DNA of 64,000 nucleotides, from positions 1-64,000 of the forward strand of contig NZ_MRCE01000032.1 in NCBI RefSeq assembly GCF_001904725.1, given 5' to 3'. The stretch is from [Phormidium ambiguum] IAM M-71. Lineage in GTDB: Bacteria; Cyanobacteriota; Cyanobacteriia; Cyanobacteriales; Aerosakkonemataceae. The notes below the pieces were generated by a model. It worked only from the letters and a program-made list of their open reading frames with translations. It was not told the DNA's origin and ran no database searches. The position numbers were made by a program, and so were the translations under genes. Below are positions 49,608 through 59,772 of the stretch, piece after piece; the stretch's first letter is position 1; every line of letters starts with the position of its first letter.

Positions 49608-50957
49608 ATGTACGCAGCATTACCTCAAAAATATCGTCCGCGCACGCTATCAGAATTAGCCGGACAGGAATACATTCAAAGAACGCTGGCTAATGCGATT
49701 AAGGGGAACAAAATAGCTCCTGCTTATCTATTTGCAGGCGAACGAGGTGTTGGTAAAACTTCAACGGCTCGTATTTTTGCTAAGTCGCTTAATTGTAATG
49801 CTACAGATAAACCAACTGTTACGCCATGTGGCAAATGTCAGTCCTGTCGTTCCATTGAAAAAGGGAATAGTTTAGATGTAGTTGAAATTGATGCAGCTTC
49901 TCATAATGGAGTAGAAGATGCTCGAACATTAATCGAACGAGCGCATTTTGCACCAGCGATGAGTCGCTATCGGATTTTCGTTTTAGATGAATGTCATCAA
50001 TTAAGTTCTCAGGCGCAAAATGCACTGCTCAAGTGTATCGAAGAACCTCCGGCTAATGTGGTTTTTATTCTTTGTACGACAGAAGCACATAAGCTATTGG
50101 CGACTATTAGTAGTAGGTGTCAAGTATTCCATTTTCGGGTGTTAGCTATTCATGCAATTGTACAGCAGTTAACGATGATAGCTGATAGCGAATCTATCGC
50201 TATTTCGGATGAGGCGAAGGTGGCTATTGCTCGGATTGCAGAAGGTGGACTTAGGGATGCTTTGCAATTACTTGACCAATTAAGTTTGTTAGGGGAGGAA
50301 ATTACTAGCTCTCACGTTTTGGAATTATCAGGAAGAATATCGGAGTCTGATTTAATAACAATTCTGCAATCAATTCGTAGTGGTGATACGTTGAAGTTGT
50401 TGCAATTATCTCGCGAGTTGATTGATAGCGGGAAGACAGCAAAGGTGTTATTGATGTCGCTACTTGCTTGTTATCGAGATTTACTGTTGGTAGGGAATGT
50501 ACGCGATAGTTTGCATTTGTTAACTAGCGGGATTTCCCATTCGACACTGCTGAAGATAGTGGCAGATTGGGACTATACAGTAATTAATGCTGGTATCGAA
50601 CAGCTACGTGCTTCGGAATGGCAGTTAAGTAAAAGCTTACAACCGAGTTTATGGTTAGAGGTTTGTCTGCTGGGATTGGTGCAGGGTAATAATTCCCCAA
50701 AGTCGAGTCAATGTTCTAAAGAAAAACAGCCTGTTCAACTAACAGCTATTTGGGAAAAGGTGCTGTCTAAAACTTCCGAAAGTAATCGAGTTCTGCTTGA
50801 GGTTGCTTCTTTAGTGGAACTCAAAGGTAAGAAAGCTGTATTGGCTGTGCCTGCTAAGTACTTAGATAGGTTTAATCGGAATACGGCTAAGGTACAAAAG
50901 ATGCTGTTTGGGGTGACTGGTGTTCATTATCAATTGTTGATTCAGGAGAAGATTTGA
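49608..50957 (+). CDS. dnaX: Second DnaX-like gamma/tau clamp-loader ATPase
   Basis: YRPRTLSELAGQE, GERGVGKTS, CNATDKPTVTPCGKCQSC, DECHQLS and SRCQ are present. The N-terminal half is about 70% identical to the 21096..22472 copy. Confidence 0.8.
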   Translation: MYAALPQKYRPRTLSELAGQEYIQRTLANAIKGNKIAPAYLFAGERGVGKTSTARIFAKSLNCNATDKPTVTPCGKCQSCRSIEKGNSLDVVEIDAASHNGVEDARTLIERAHFAPAMSRYRIFVLDECHQLSSQAQNALLKCIEEPPANVVFILCTTEAHKLLATISSRCQVFHFRVLAIHAIVQQLTMIADSESIAISDEAKVAIARIAEGGLRDALQLLDQLSLLGEEITSSHVLELSGRISESDLITILQSIRSGDTLKLLQLSRELIDSGKTAKVLLMSLLACYRDLLLVGNVRDSLHLLTSGISHSTLLKIVADWDYTVINAGIEQLRASEWQLSKSLQPSLWLEVCLLGLVQGNNSPKSSQCSKEKQPVQLTAIWEKVLSKTSESNRVLLEVASLVELKGKKAVLAVPAKYLDRFNRNTAKVQKMLFGVTGVHYQLLIQEKI

Positions 50958-51907
50958 TGATTAGTTTGTTAGTTGGTGATGACGTTCACGCGATTAACAA
51001 GAAGCTTTTGGAGTTCAAAAAAAGTCTTGACCCGGATTGGATAAGTTTCAACTACCATCGATTTTCGGCTGGTGTAATTGAGGAGGCTATTGATTGTGCG
51101 TTAACTCGTGCATTAGGGAAAGGGAAAGGAAAGTTAGTGGTGGTTGAGGAGTGCAATTTCAAACAGTTTACTGAGGAAACGATGAAAAGTCTTCAGTTGT
51201 TATCGCAGGTGCCAGAAACAACACATTTGGTATTTGTCGCATCAGCGATTGATAAGCGATTGAAAGTGGTAAAGTTTCTACTTTTTCAAGGTAAACTGTT
51301 TGAATTCAATTTAATTGCGCCTTGGAGAACAGATTTAATCGCTCGGTCGATAGGAAGTGAAGCAAAAGCAATGGGTTTGTCGCTTGATAGAAAGATTATT
51401 GAGTATTTGGCGGGTGCTATTGGTAATAATTCGGCGCGTGCTGAAGTGGAATTACGAAAGCTGGCGAGTTACAGTAATGGGAAGAAGCTTAGTGTTGAGG
51501 AAGTGGGAGTACTTGTTCCTTCAACTACTCAGAATAGTCTGCAATTAGCTTCTGCAATTCGAGAGAGTAATGCAACTAAAGCTGTCAATTTGTTGCAAGA
51601 GTTGCTAGATAAGGAGACTTTTCCATTGGCGATTTGTGCCACACTAATTACTCAGTTTAGAACTTGGATGTGGGTGAAGGCGGTGCTGGTGGGTGGGGTG
51701 AAGCAGGATGCTGAAATTGCCAGAGTTTGTCAAGTTGCTAATCCCAAACGGGTATATTTTCTCAAACAAGAGGTGGCTGGTGTGGGTTTGCGGTCTTTAA
51801 TTCAAGCGATGTCGATGTTGTTGGAGTTGGAGGTGGCGCTTAAAGGGGGACGGAAGGGGGATTTGATGTTGACGACGGCGTTGGCGATGGCTTTAGTATT
51901 TGGTTAA
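50954..51907 (+). CDS. holA: Second HolA-like delta subunit
   Basis: The start MMISLLVGDD is holA-like. The gene has an ATGA overlap with dnaX. It is collinear with the 22469..23458 copy. Confidence 0.65.
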   Translation: MMISLLVGDDVHAINKKLLEFKKSLDPDWISFNYHRFSAGVIEEAIDCALTRALGKGKGKLVVVEECNFKQFTEETMKSLQLLSQVPETTHLVFVASAIDKRLKVVKFLLFQGKLFEFNLIAPWRTDLIARSIGSEAKAMGLSLDRKIIEYLAGAIGNNSARAEVELRKLASYSNGKKLSVEEVGVLVPSTTQNSLQLASAIRESNATKAVNLLQELLDKETFPLAICATLITQFRTWMWVKAVLVGGVKQDAEIARVCQVANPKRVYFLKQEVAGVGLRSLIQAMSMLLELEVALKGGRKGDLMLTTALAMALVFG

Positions 51908-52371
51908 GTGCTTGTTTGTGAATGGAAAATTTTCCATTGGAGTTCAGGTAACGCTATGCCAGCAGTAAATTTACTTTTGGCTTAGCGTTGTCCTAATTAA
52001 TGAAGGCACTTCATTGCAGTCAGGATGGGAACACTGCGACCCGATGGTATTTTTTAGAGAGTTACAATAATCCTTAATCCTTTGGGTCTTGCTTACGGTC
52101 TTTATAGCCCTGCCTATTATCGATTAACTCAGCCGCTCACCGTAGTAGGTGTCGCTTCATGACAATGCGATCACAATTAGTGCGGGTGACTCTGGCGAGA
52201 CTAACTAGTGGGTAGGGACTCCCTGTGGCTTGAGTTGTTAGAGCTATTAGCAAAAAAATGAGCAATAAGGAGGCTCAGTCAACTCCGAAGGCCAATCAGC
52301 TGGACATTATGCCGAATAACTTGCTTATCATATAAAAGGCTCTTTTGTGATAGATATAACTTTAGCCTTGC

Positions 52372-55300
52372 ATGATTGCCCCTAACGAGTTTCAGCGCTA
52401 CTTAAAATCAGTTCTTGATACTTCAGGGGAGAACACCAAACGGGAGGTAGCTGATCGCTATATTCCAACGCTAGCTGAGTTGCCCTTGCAGGTACAAACT
52501 GCTGTATCATCTCAGCCAAACTCACAGGAACAACAAAATGAGAGGCGAGAGCAGTTCGCAGTGCTAGAGGGATTGCGAAAGTATGCTCCAGATCGTGTGC
52601 TGTTGGTGGGTAAACCTGGTTCAGGAAAATCAACTTCACTGCGGCGATTGTTGTGGGAAGAAGCAGAACGCTGTTTAAAAGCGATCGAGGAAGGTGAGAG
52701 CGAGATTCCCCCAATACCTATCTTGATTGAATTGCGGGGTCTTAAAGGTTCAGTGTTAGCAGCGATTCAAGAAAATCTGGGATGGTGGCTTGACCTTGAT
52801 GAGAAAACCTTAAAAAGTCTCTTCCGTGATAGAGGATTGTTCGTGTTCTTAGACGGGTTGAATGAATTACCTAACGAACAAGCTTGGCAAGCAGTAGATC
52901 AATTTAGACAGGTATGTGCTGATTTAAAAGTTCCTATAATCATTACAACGCGAGAACTGGGTTCCGGCTTGGTTCAGGAAAATATTAAGAAGCTGGAAAT
53001 GCTACCGCTGACTGAGCCTCAGATGTGGGAGTTTGTCCAAAAGCAGTTACCGGAGACGGGTGGGGAACTATGGCGGCAAATTCAAGGGAAGCTTCGGGAA
53101 TTAGCAGAAACGCCGTTGCTGCTAAAGATGTTGTGTGATGTTTTTAAACAGAATCATAAAAATATTCCTAAAAGCCGAGGAGATCTATTTCGTAAGGAAT
53201 TTGCGCGACGATATGAGGAATTTAAACCTGAACGATATCGGAATATTTCTGAAGACTCGCGTCGTTTTGCGTTTGATCTACTGAGCTATCTCGCCTTTAC
53301 GATGGTTCAAGGCGAACCTCATACCGATCCCTGCCAACCCAGTGCCTCTTGGATTACTATTCCTAAAACTCAGGCAGAAAAAATATTAGCCACGTTTCTG
53401 GCAGGCGATCACATACAAACTTTGGAGGATACGACAAAAGCAAAAGAGTGGTTAGAGGATTTAGTGGAATGGCATTTACTCCAAGTAGCTAGTGACCCAA
53501 CCCAAATAGAGTTTCACCATCAACTGTTTCAGGAATATTATGCAGCGGAGCGGCTAGCGCCACAGTTGGCAGAGTTGAGTGATGAAGAATTGCAATATTA
53601 CTACTTAAATTATCTAAAGTGGACGGAATCGCTAGCAATGGCGATGTCGTTTGTGGAGTCTGAGGTCTTAGCAGTGCGGATAGTGAAACTAGCACTAGAT
53701 GTTGATTTGCAATTGGGAGCAAGACTAGCTGGAGAAGTTAAGCGTGAAAATCAAGCCAGAACAGTAAATATGATTACTGATTTAGAAGTTTCTGAAAAAT
53801 TTAAGGTTAGACTATTGGGCATGACAAGTTCTGATGTTGCTATTCCTTTTCTCAGCCAAGCTCTAGAAAATAATAACGATACCTTTACAAAAAATGAAGT
53901 TGCTGATTGCTTAGAGAAAATTCATAGTTATGCTTCAATTCCTCTCCTTAAGAAGATTCTAGAGGATGCTGATTTTAAACTTAAGTTAAAGGCTGCTTGT
54001 TCATTAGCTCGTTATGGTGATGAAACGGTTATACCAATTCTTAAATATGCTCTCAATAATAAAGAATACCATTTTAGATCTCTTCTGGCCCTAGAGAAAA
54101 TCAGTCGAGATGTTGTGATTCATGCACTAAACGAAATCTTGAGTAGAGGAGATATAGAGATGCGCCGTCAAACGGTATCTAGTCTTCATGTTTTAATTCA
54201 GCGAAAATATGAAAATATAGTACCTCTTTTAATAAAGGCATTGGGTGATGAAGATAGAGAAATTAGGTATCAAGCAGCATATGTTTTAAAAAATCAAGGA
54301 GGCAAAGACGCTCTCGCTGCTTTAGCAAAACTATGGAAAGATGAAAACATTTTAATCCGAAATATTGTTTATATTACGTTTAAGGGACAAGAAAGGAAGG
54401 ATTTAATATCCGAGCTGACAGAATCTCTTTTATCCGAGGATTCTGCACTTCGTAAGAAAGCCGTAGAAACTCTAGGAAGACTGGGTACAGAATCAAAAAC
54501 AGCCATTAAAGCACTCTTTAAAGTTGCTTTTGCAGATCGAGACTTTCTAGTTCGCAATAGTGCTTTAACCGCTCTGATTCAAATCGGAAACTCAACATTA
54601 ATACAGACCTTATCCAAAATTTTAGAACAACAAGAAGAAGTAATTGAATACAGTTCAAATCACTGTGTAGCAGTTATTACATTAATAATGATTCGCTGTA
54701 AGGAAGCCATCCCTATATTATCTCGCGTTTTAATAGATAATAATAGAAGTCCTATACTGCGCGGATTGGCAGCTAAAGCTCTTGGTGAAATAGGCGATAC
54801 ATCAGTTAATAATATACTTCTGGAAATACTGAATAATAATCAGATAGATGATTATATCTGGTTTCAGGTTCTTTTGGCTTTAGGAAAACTTGGTATTGAA
54901 GGTCTTGAAGGCAGGATCGCTAATTTTCTAAAGCATCCAAATTCTGATAAACGAAAAGAAGCTGTAGAAACTTTAGCAATCATTGGAACCGTTACAGCAA
55001 ATGTTGGTTTAACTCAGGCTCTTACCGATGATGACTTTTCAGTTCGTTTCACTGCTGCTTGTTCTTTGGGAAAAAACGGCAATGAAGCCGCCATCCCCGT
55101 TTTAATTGAAGCACTGGGGCAGCGTGACTCTATAGGATGGGAAGATACAAGAGTATGTGAAGATGCTATAGAGGTTCTGAGTCAGATTGGAGCAATAGCT
55201 CTCATTCCTCTGAAGGAAGCTTTAAATAATTCCGACTACCAGATTGAACGGAATGCAGAAAAGGCCATTAAAAAAATTAGCAAATCTCTGGCAAAAGATT

Positions 55301-56097
55301 TGTTAAGCGATGACTTTGAGAGCTATAAATTTTTAAGTCTTGATAGTTCCATTAATGAATCCTTAAATCAGTATAATGATATTAATGAAAAATCAAATTT
55401 ACTAGAAAATTTTTTGTCGTATTTTGATGCGTATTGGGAATCAAAGCCTGAATTGAGTAATGATGCTATTACTGAAGATATCTCTCTGCTTTATAAACTT
55501 ATTGCCGAAGAACAATCAAGTGAGTTATTGAATTATATTGTAAATAAAATCCTTTCAACTCAATCCCGTTGTCAATTTTATAACTGCGACATCGCTCGGT
55601 TGCCACCCCCTCGGAAAACGCAAAGCAAAGAATCAAGTATAGAAGATTTAGTACATAATAAGTTAGACATACTTACCCAGGAGTTCAAAAAAGTGTCTGA
55701 AGAACCTAAGCGCGTCATTAATACTAACAACTACTTTGAACAAGGCATCCATACCCATACCCACAATTATGCAAACGATGAAACTTTAAAACAACAAACC
55801 GTCGAACTTCGCCAATTGGTACATCAAATTCAGCAAACCCACCAACCAACCACCGAAGTCGAAGCTGCTAAGATCATTGATGTCGAATTTCGCGAAATCC
55901 AAAAGACGAACCCGACTCGGTGGCAAACACTAAGGAAACAACTGCAACTTTTAAAGCGCCAACTCTTCAACCCAGAAAGTCACTTTAAAGCCACAAAAGC
56001 AACCCTTGCTGAAATCGCTAAACATTATCTCGAAGAAAGTGTCGTTTCCAAAGCCGTCATTACTTACCTAGACACTATGAGTGCTGACTCTGACTAA
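52372..56097 (+). CDS. STAND/NACHT-type P-loop NTPase fused to a long array of HEAT (PBS-lyase-type) repeats (1241 aa)
   Basis: Walker A is LLVGKPGSGKST and Walker B is LFVFLDGLNE. At least 10 repeats of about 31 aa have the form LxxALxDxDxxVRxxAAxALGxIG. Confidence 0.7.
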   Translation: MIAPNEFQRYLKSVLDTSGENTKREVADRYIPTLAELPLQVQTAVSSQPNSQEQQNERREQFAVLEGLRKYAPDRVLLVGKPGSGKSTSLRRLLWEEAERCLKAIEEGESEIPPIPILIELRGLKGSVLAAIQENLGWWLDLDEKTLKSLFRDRGLFVFLDGLNELPNEQAWQAVDQFRQVCADLKVPIIITTRELGSGLVQENIKKLEMLPLTEPQMWEFVQKQLPETGGELWRQIQGKLRELAETPLLLKMLCDVFKQNHKNIPKSRGDLFRKEFARRYEEFKPERYRNISEDSRRFAFDLLSYLAFTMVQGEPHTDPCQPSASWITIPKTQAEKILATFLAGDHIQTLEDTTKAKEWLEDLVEWHLLQVASDPTQIEFHHQLFQEYYAAERLAPQLAELSDEELQYYYLNYLKWTESLAMAMSFVESEVLAVRIVKLALDVDLQLGARLAGEVKRENQARTVNMITDLEVSEKFKVRLLGMTSSDVAIPFLSQALENNNDTFTKNEVADCLEKIHSYASIPLLKKILEDADFKLKLKAACSLARYGDETVIPILKYALNNKEYHFRSLLALEKISRDVVIHALNEILSRGDIEMRRQTVSSLHVLIQRKYENIVPLLIKALGDEDREIRYQAAYVLKNQGGKDALAALAKLWKDENILIRNIVYITFKGQERKDLISELTESLLSEDSALRKKAVETLGRLGTESKTAIKALFKVAFADRDFLVRNSALTALIQIGNSTLIQTLSKILEQQEEVIEYSSNHCVAVITLIMIRCKEAIPILSRVLIDNNRSPILRGLAAKALGEIGDTSVNNILLEILNNNQIDDYIWFQVLLALGKLGIEGLEGRIANFLKHPNSDKRKEAVETLAIIGTVTANVGLTQALTDDDFSVRFTAACSLGKNGNEAAIPVLIEALGQRDSIGWEDTRVCEDAIEVLSQIGAIALIPLKEALNNSDYQIERNAEKAIKKISKSLAKDLLSDDFESYKFLSLDSSINESLNQYNDINEKSNLLENFLSYFDAYWESKPELSNDAITEDISLLYKLIAEEQSSELLNYIVNKILSTQSRCQFYNCDIARLPPPRKTQSKESSIEDLVHNKLDILTQEFKKVSEEPKRVINTNNYFEQGIHTHTHNYANDETLKQQTVELRQLVHQIQQTHQPTTEVEAAKIIDVEFREIQKTNPTRWQTLRKQLQLLKRQLFNPESHFKATKATLAEIAKHYLEESVVSKAVITYLDTMSADSD

Positions 56098-56597
56098 CAA
56101 GAATAAATCATGTAAATCGCGATCGCAGCCGTAGTTCCTATTTTAGGATTCCATCCCACATTCCGCACCCACTGAAAATCACTCTCGCTTAAGGGAAAAC
56201 CAATTCAGCTATTGCTAATTTTAAGTTTTACAACAGGTTAGATTTTGCTAATTCAGGCTGGGGGAAATTTATTCAGATTTATAGCAAGCCTGACAGTAAG
56301 GCTTAACTTTTTAATTAAAATTTTGAAACTAAAGTCGCACTCTTTCCCGTTGATATCCAGTTCGTAATTGAAGGTATATTCAGTACAATACTAAAACTAG
56401 AAAACAAATAAGTATTTTCACTATATAAAGCAGTTATCAAATATTAAGTAAATCCCGTAATTCCTCGTAATAAATCTTTATAAATAAGTTGTAATCTGGG
56501 TACAGAAGCACATTTATTAGCTTCAATCATATTCACAGAAATACTCAAAATAAATGAGAATTAGAGTTTTATTATAGGAATTTTCTTAGATACAGTA

Positions 56598-56978
56598 GAA
56601 GATAATGATGAATCTAGTGGTTGGAGGATTGAATCTTTACGCAAGAAACTGGGCATCCTCCCCTCGACTCCTCTAACGTTTCCCACTATAATCTGCCCAC
56701 TTTGTCACCAAGGTTTTTTCTCTGATATTGAGTTACAAAACCATATTTTTCAGGTTCATAAAGATCACCGTTGCTACATTCGCCTTAACGATCAAAGCCG
56801 ATACTTCCCTGGAGATTTTGCTGCGTTGATTGAGCCAAGCATAATGAAAGAGAGTCGAGTTAGAGCTATGTACTTTGATTCTCAACAAATTAATGAATAC
56901 TTACAGACTATTATGTGCCTCAACTGCAATCGTCCATGTGCTGGTACTTGTCAACTAGATCCTCCAAAACATTCCTAA
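56598..56978 (+). CDS. Possible small C2H2 zinc-finger protein. The reading frame has no canonical start codon and may be frameshifted.
   Basis: The frame encodes ICPLCHQGFFSDIELQNHIFQVH, which is C2H2-like, followed by CLNCNRPCAGTC. An ATGATG start lies in the +1 frame at 56605 and gives 23 codons before a stop. Confidence 0.3.
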   Translation, partial: EDNDESSGWRIESLRKKLGILPSTPLTFPTIICPLCHQGFFSDIELQNHIFQVHKDHRCYIRLNDQSRYFPGDFAALIEPSIMKESRVRAMYFDSQQINEYLQTIMCLNCNRPCAGTCQLDPPKHS

Positions 56979-57035
56979 TATTTAGTAAAATAATTGATTC
57001 CATATAGATTAGTAAGGCTAGATAAGGGGAGCAAG

Positions 57036-57836
57036 TTAATTCAGTACTAGAATTCCTTGATAAATCAACCGATCGATATGTTCTGTAACTTGGCTGGCTA
57101 AATCTTGACTGTGAACTAACAGTCCCATTTCCATATTCAGCGCCAGTGCATATTCGGTTAGATTCGCACTGGAAATGAAGAGGTGGGTGTTATCTGCGAT
57201 CGCACATTTAATATGCAAAGAACCAAACCGACCGTCTGAATCAGTCAGTCGTTGTTCGTGAGGCCAAACAAATACTTGCGCTTTGGTGATAATTTTAGTA
57301 CCGAAAGCTGTTTTAATCCCAAATGGAATTTTAGCATGGTCAGAATCGGGTGTTTCCACAATTATTCGCAGTTTCACACCTCGATTAATAGCAGTTACCA
57401 ATGCCGCTGCTATTTCAGGGACTTTATAAACAGCAAAACTAATCAAAAGTAATTCTTGTTGAGCATTTTGAATTAATTGTAATAGCACTTGGTCAGTGCG
57501 ACGCAGAGGAATATCGGAAATACTTGGGCCAGTCCAAACTATTTCAACTGATAATTGTTCTTGGTTTTGTTGCTCGCAATAAGCAGCAGTTAATAAAGCA
57601 GTAGCCAGAGAAGAACTATCCAAACTTGGGGCTTGAGTATGCCATACTTCAATTAATTGGACGATCGCTTGTCGCCAACTGACTTTAGGTAATCGCTGGA
57701 GTAATTCACTTTTTAAGTTATCAGAATCTCCTCTGCTTTGACAGTTACTTAAGACATTAGCAATTGATTCCAATGTCGGGGTTGGTAGTTCCAAAGCTAC
57801 ACGCCGAATTTGAGCTAGTAATGGGGGTGACAGCAT
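57036..57836 (-). CDS. drmC: Phospholipase D-family (HKD) nuclease-like protein, DrmC-like
   Basis: The HKD motif is HIKCAIADNTHLFISSANLT, that is HxK-x4-D-x6-GSxN-like. The gene shares a boundary nucleotide with the upstream DUF1998 gene. Confidence 0.55.
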   Translation of the reverse strand: MLSPPLLAQIRRVALELPTPTLESIANVLSNCQSRGDSDNLKSELLQRLPKVSWRQAIVQLIEVWHTQAPSLDSSSLATALLTAAYCEQQNQEQLSVEIVWTGPSISDIPLRRTDQVLLQLIQNAQQELLLISFAVYKVPEIAAALVTAINRGVKLRIIVETPDSDHAKIPFGIKTAFGTKIITKAQVFVWPHEQRLTDSDGRFGSLHIKCAIADNTHLFISSANLTEYALALNMEMGLLVHSQDLASQVTEHIDRLIYQGILVLN

Positions 57837-59722
57837 TAATTAAATTTGAAGAATGCTAGTTCATTTAAATCAGATTTCATCGTAGGAATTAACAAAGTGC
57901 GATCGAGATATTTATTACCCCGTTCGCAGGATGTTTCTGGACTGAACAGACAAGCATGGCAAGCTGCCCAATGTAAGGATGTTGTATTTTGTAAGGGAGT
58001 GTGTTCTGCACATAAGGGGTCAGAAGCACACAGACGCATTTGTTCTAGCGCTTGGTCAATGTGACGACCCAAAGTATTAGGTTCGCCTAAACTTACCAAT
58101 CCTCCTAGCGTACCTTCGCTGTCTGGTGCAGCCGTATAAAGCAACACGCCTGCCATTGGGCCATTGTCTTCATTGGGATATTTTGAGTAAATGCGTTCGC
58201 GTAGGCTAGCAGCAGTGTAGCCACATTCGATCGCCAGTTGCCGCATCAATGCGTGAGCGAAAGAATGAAGCAAAATATAACGAACGCCAGGGTAGTTGGC
58301 ATCAAGAGGTTCCAGAGAACGTGCTCTGCGCCAAAGGCGATGGGCTTCTAGGCTTTGTTGGTCGTAAGTTTTTAATCGGGGCGTACTGGATAACCAATGT
58401 TGTATTGCTTGTTCTCGAAATTGAATAAAAATGCCTTCACCGCGCACCTCTGAGGCTGGCACCCATTTAGGCACAGAGCGACTTAAAGATGCCCAGTATT
58501 CTTCGGGTAATTCTCCCGTTTCAGCATAATCGCCAGGGGATTCGATGCGAGTAAAACCTACCAAGGCACGAACTTCTCGCAAGCGTTCTACTAATACCAC
58601 TTTTTCAAAATATGATTCGTAATTTTTAGGGGCAGCAACAGGCGTTAACCAAAAGTCAGCATTATTTAAATTAGTATTAGCTTGGGAAAAAACTTGCCAT
58701 TCTGGAGTTTTAATATCTTTAACATCAATCGGGTCTGCTTCATTCGTTCCTTTACGTTTACCCTCTATTTCTTGCCAGATTTCTGTGTCTGAATATTTAG
58801 CAAATTCTTTGAGTTGACCGATTTGGCGGAAAGCAGCGAGAATTTCAATTGCGATCGCTTTTTCTAACACCATCCAATGTTTTTCCACCAGTTGTCCAAG
58901 TTGATTGATGGTTGTTGGAATGGAGAGAACAGAAAGCGTTATAGGAAACCAGCTATTTGATGCGCCCAGCAATATACTCTTCATTTGTTGAGTGCATCCA
59001 TCTTCATCGAAGCTGCGTAGATGTGGATTACGTCCCCGACACTGGGGCATATTTTTCTTACCTAATTCGCCAAAAGCATCGGACATCCGACGAGAAGCAT
59101 TACAAGTATCGCATTTGACCTCGATATCGGTAGCTGAACCGGAAACTCCATACTCGTAGAGGCGAAGAGAACCTTTGCAATTACTGTTACCTTTATGTAC
59201 AAAGTAGTGCCAGGGAAAATCATCTAAATGTCCGTGCTGGCAAGCAACTAGAAATCTAGCAGGGATAACAGTTGGTGGATATTTTCCTTTCGGGCAGTTG
59301 CTATGCACGTAACGATTTTGGTCGGGTCGATAGCGGTCTGTTTTTAGCTGGAATAATCCCGATTTTAGAGGAGCGAGTAATCGGCATTGGGGGCATAACG
59401 CCCAAGTTGGGAATGGTGAAACGGGAATTCCTATTTTGACGCTTTCATCAAGAATGGTACTGCTAGACTCTGAAGCAACAGGTGGTGTTAGTAGTTTTTT
59501 AACTTGATTGCCTAGTTCTCGTCGCACAGCTGCTAGCAAGCGTTCTTCTCCTAATTCGGAGGCGTGGGTAATGTCCCAGTCATCTAATCCCATTACCATT
59601 GTTGAAAGGTTGGGTAAGTCTACAACTGAACCTATTCCTGAAGAAAATAAAATTTGGCTGGGTCGTAATTCTCCGACTTTGTTTCTAGATGAAGATTGAT
59701 TTGTTGTCATAGTATTAAGCAA
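57836..59722 (-). CDS. drmB: DUF1998-family protein, DrmB-like
   Basis: The C-terminus has the signature ACHACLFSPETSCERGNKYLDR. Internal Cys clusters are CPQCRLL and CDTCNASRR. Confidence 0.55.
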   Translation of the reverse strand: MLNTMTTNQSSSRNKVGELRPSQILFSSGIGSVVDLPNLSTMVMGLDDWDITHASELGEERLLAAVRRELGNQVKKLLTPPVASESSSTILDESVKIGIPVSPFPTWALCPQCRLLAPLKSGLFQLKTDRYRPDQNRYVHSNCPKGKYPPTVIPARFLVACQHGHLDDFPWHYFVHKGNSNCKGSLRLYEYGVSGSATDIEVKCDTCNASRRMSDAFGELGKKNMPQCRGRNPHLRSFDEDGCTQQMKSILLGASNSWFPITLSVLSIPTTINQLGQLVEKHWMVLEKAIAIEILAAFRQIGQLKEFAKYSDTEIWQEIEGKRKGTNEADPIDVKDIKTPEWQVFSQANTNLNNADFWLTPVAAPKNYESYFEKVVLVERLREVRALVGFTRIESPGDYAETGELPEEYWASLSRSVPKWVPASEVRGEGIFIQFREQAIQHWLSSTPRLKTYDQQSLEAHRLWRRARSLEPLDANYPGVRYILLHSFAHALMRQLAIECGYTAASLRERIYSKYPNEDNGPMAGVLLYTAAPDSEGTLGGLVSLGEPNTLGRHIDQALEQMRLCASDPLCAEHTPLQNTTSLHWAACHACLFSPETSCERGNKYLDRTLLIPTMKSDLNELAFFKFN

Positions 59723-59772
59723 TATATAAATTTCTTAGCTTTGTAGTGAGCGCTTTAGCGCTAAAGCGCTTA

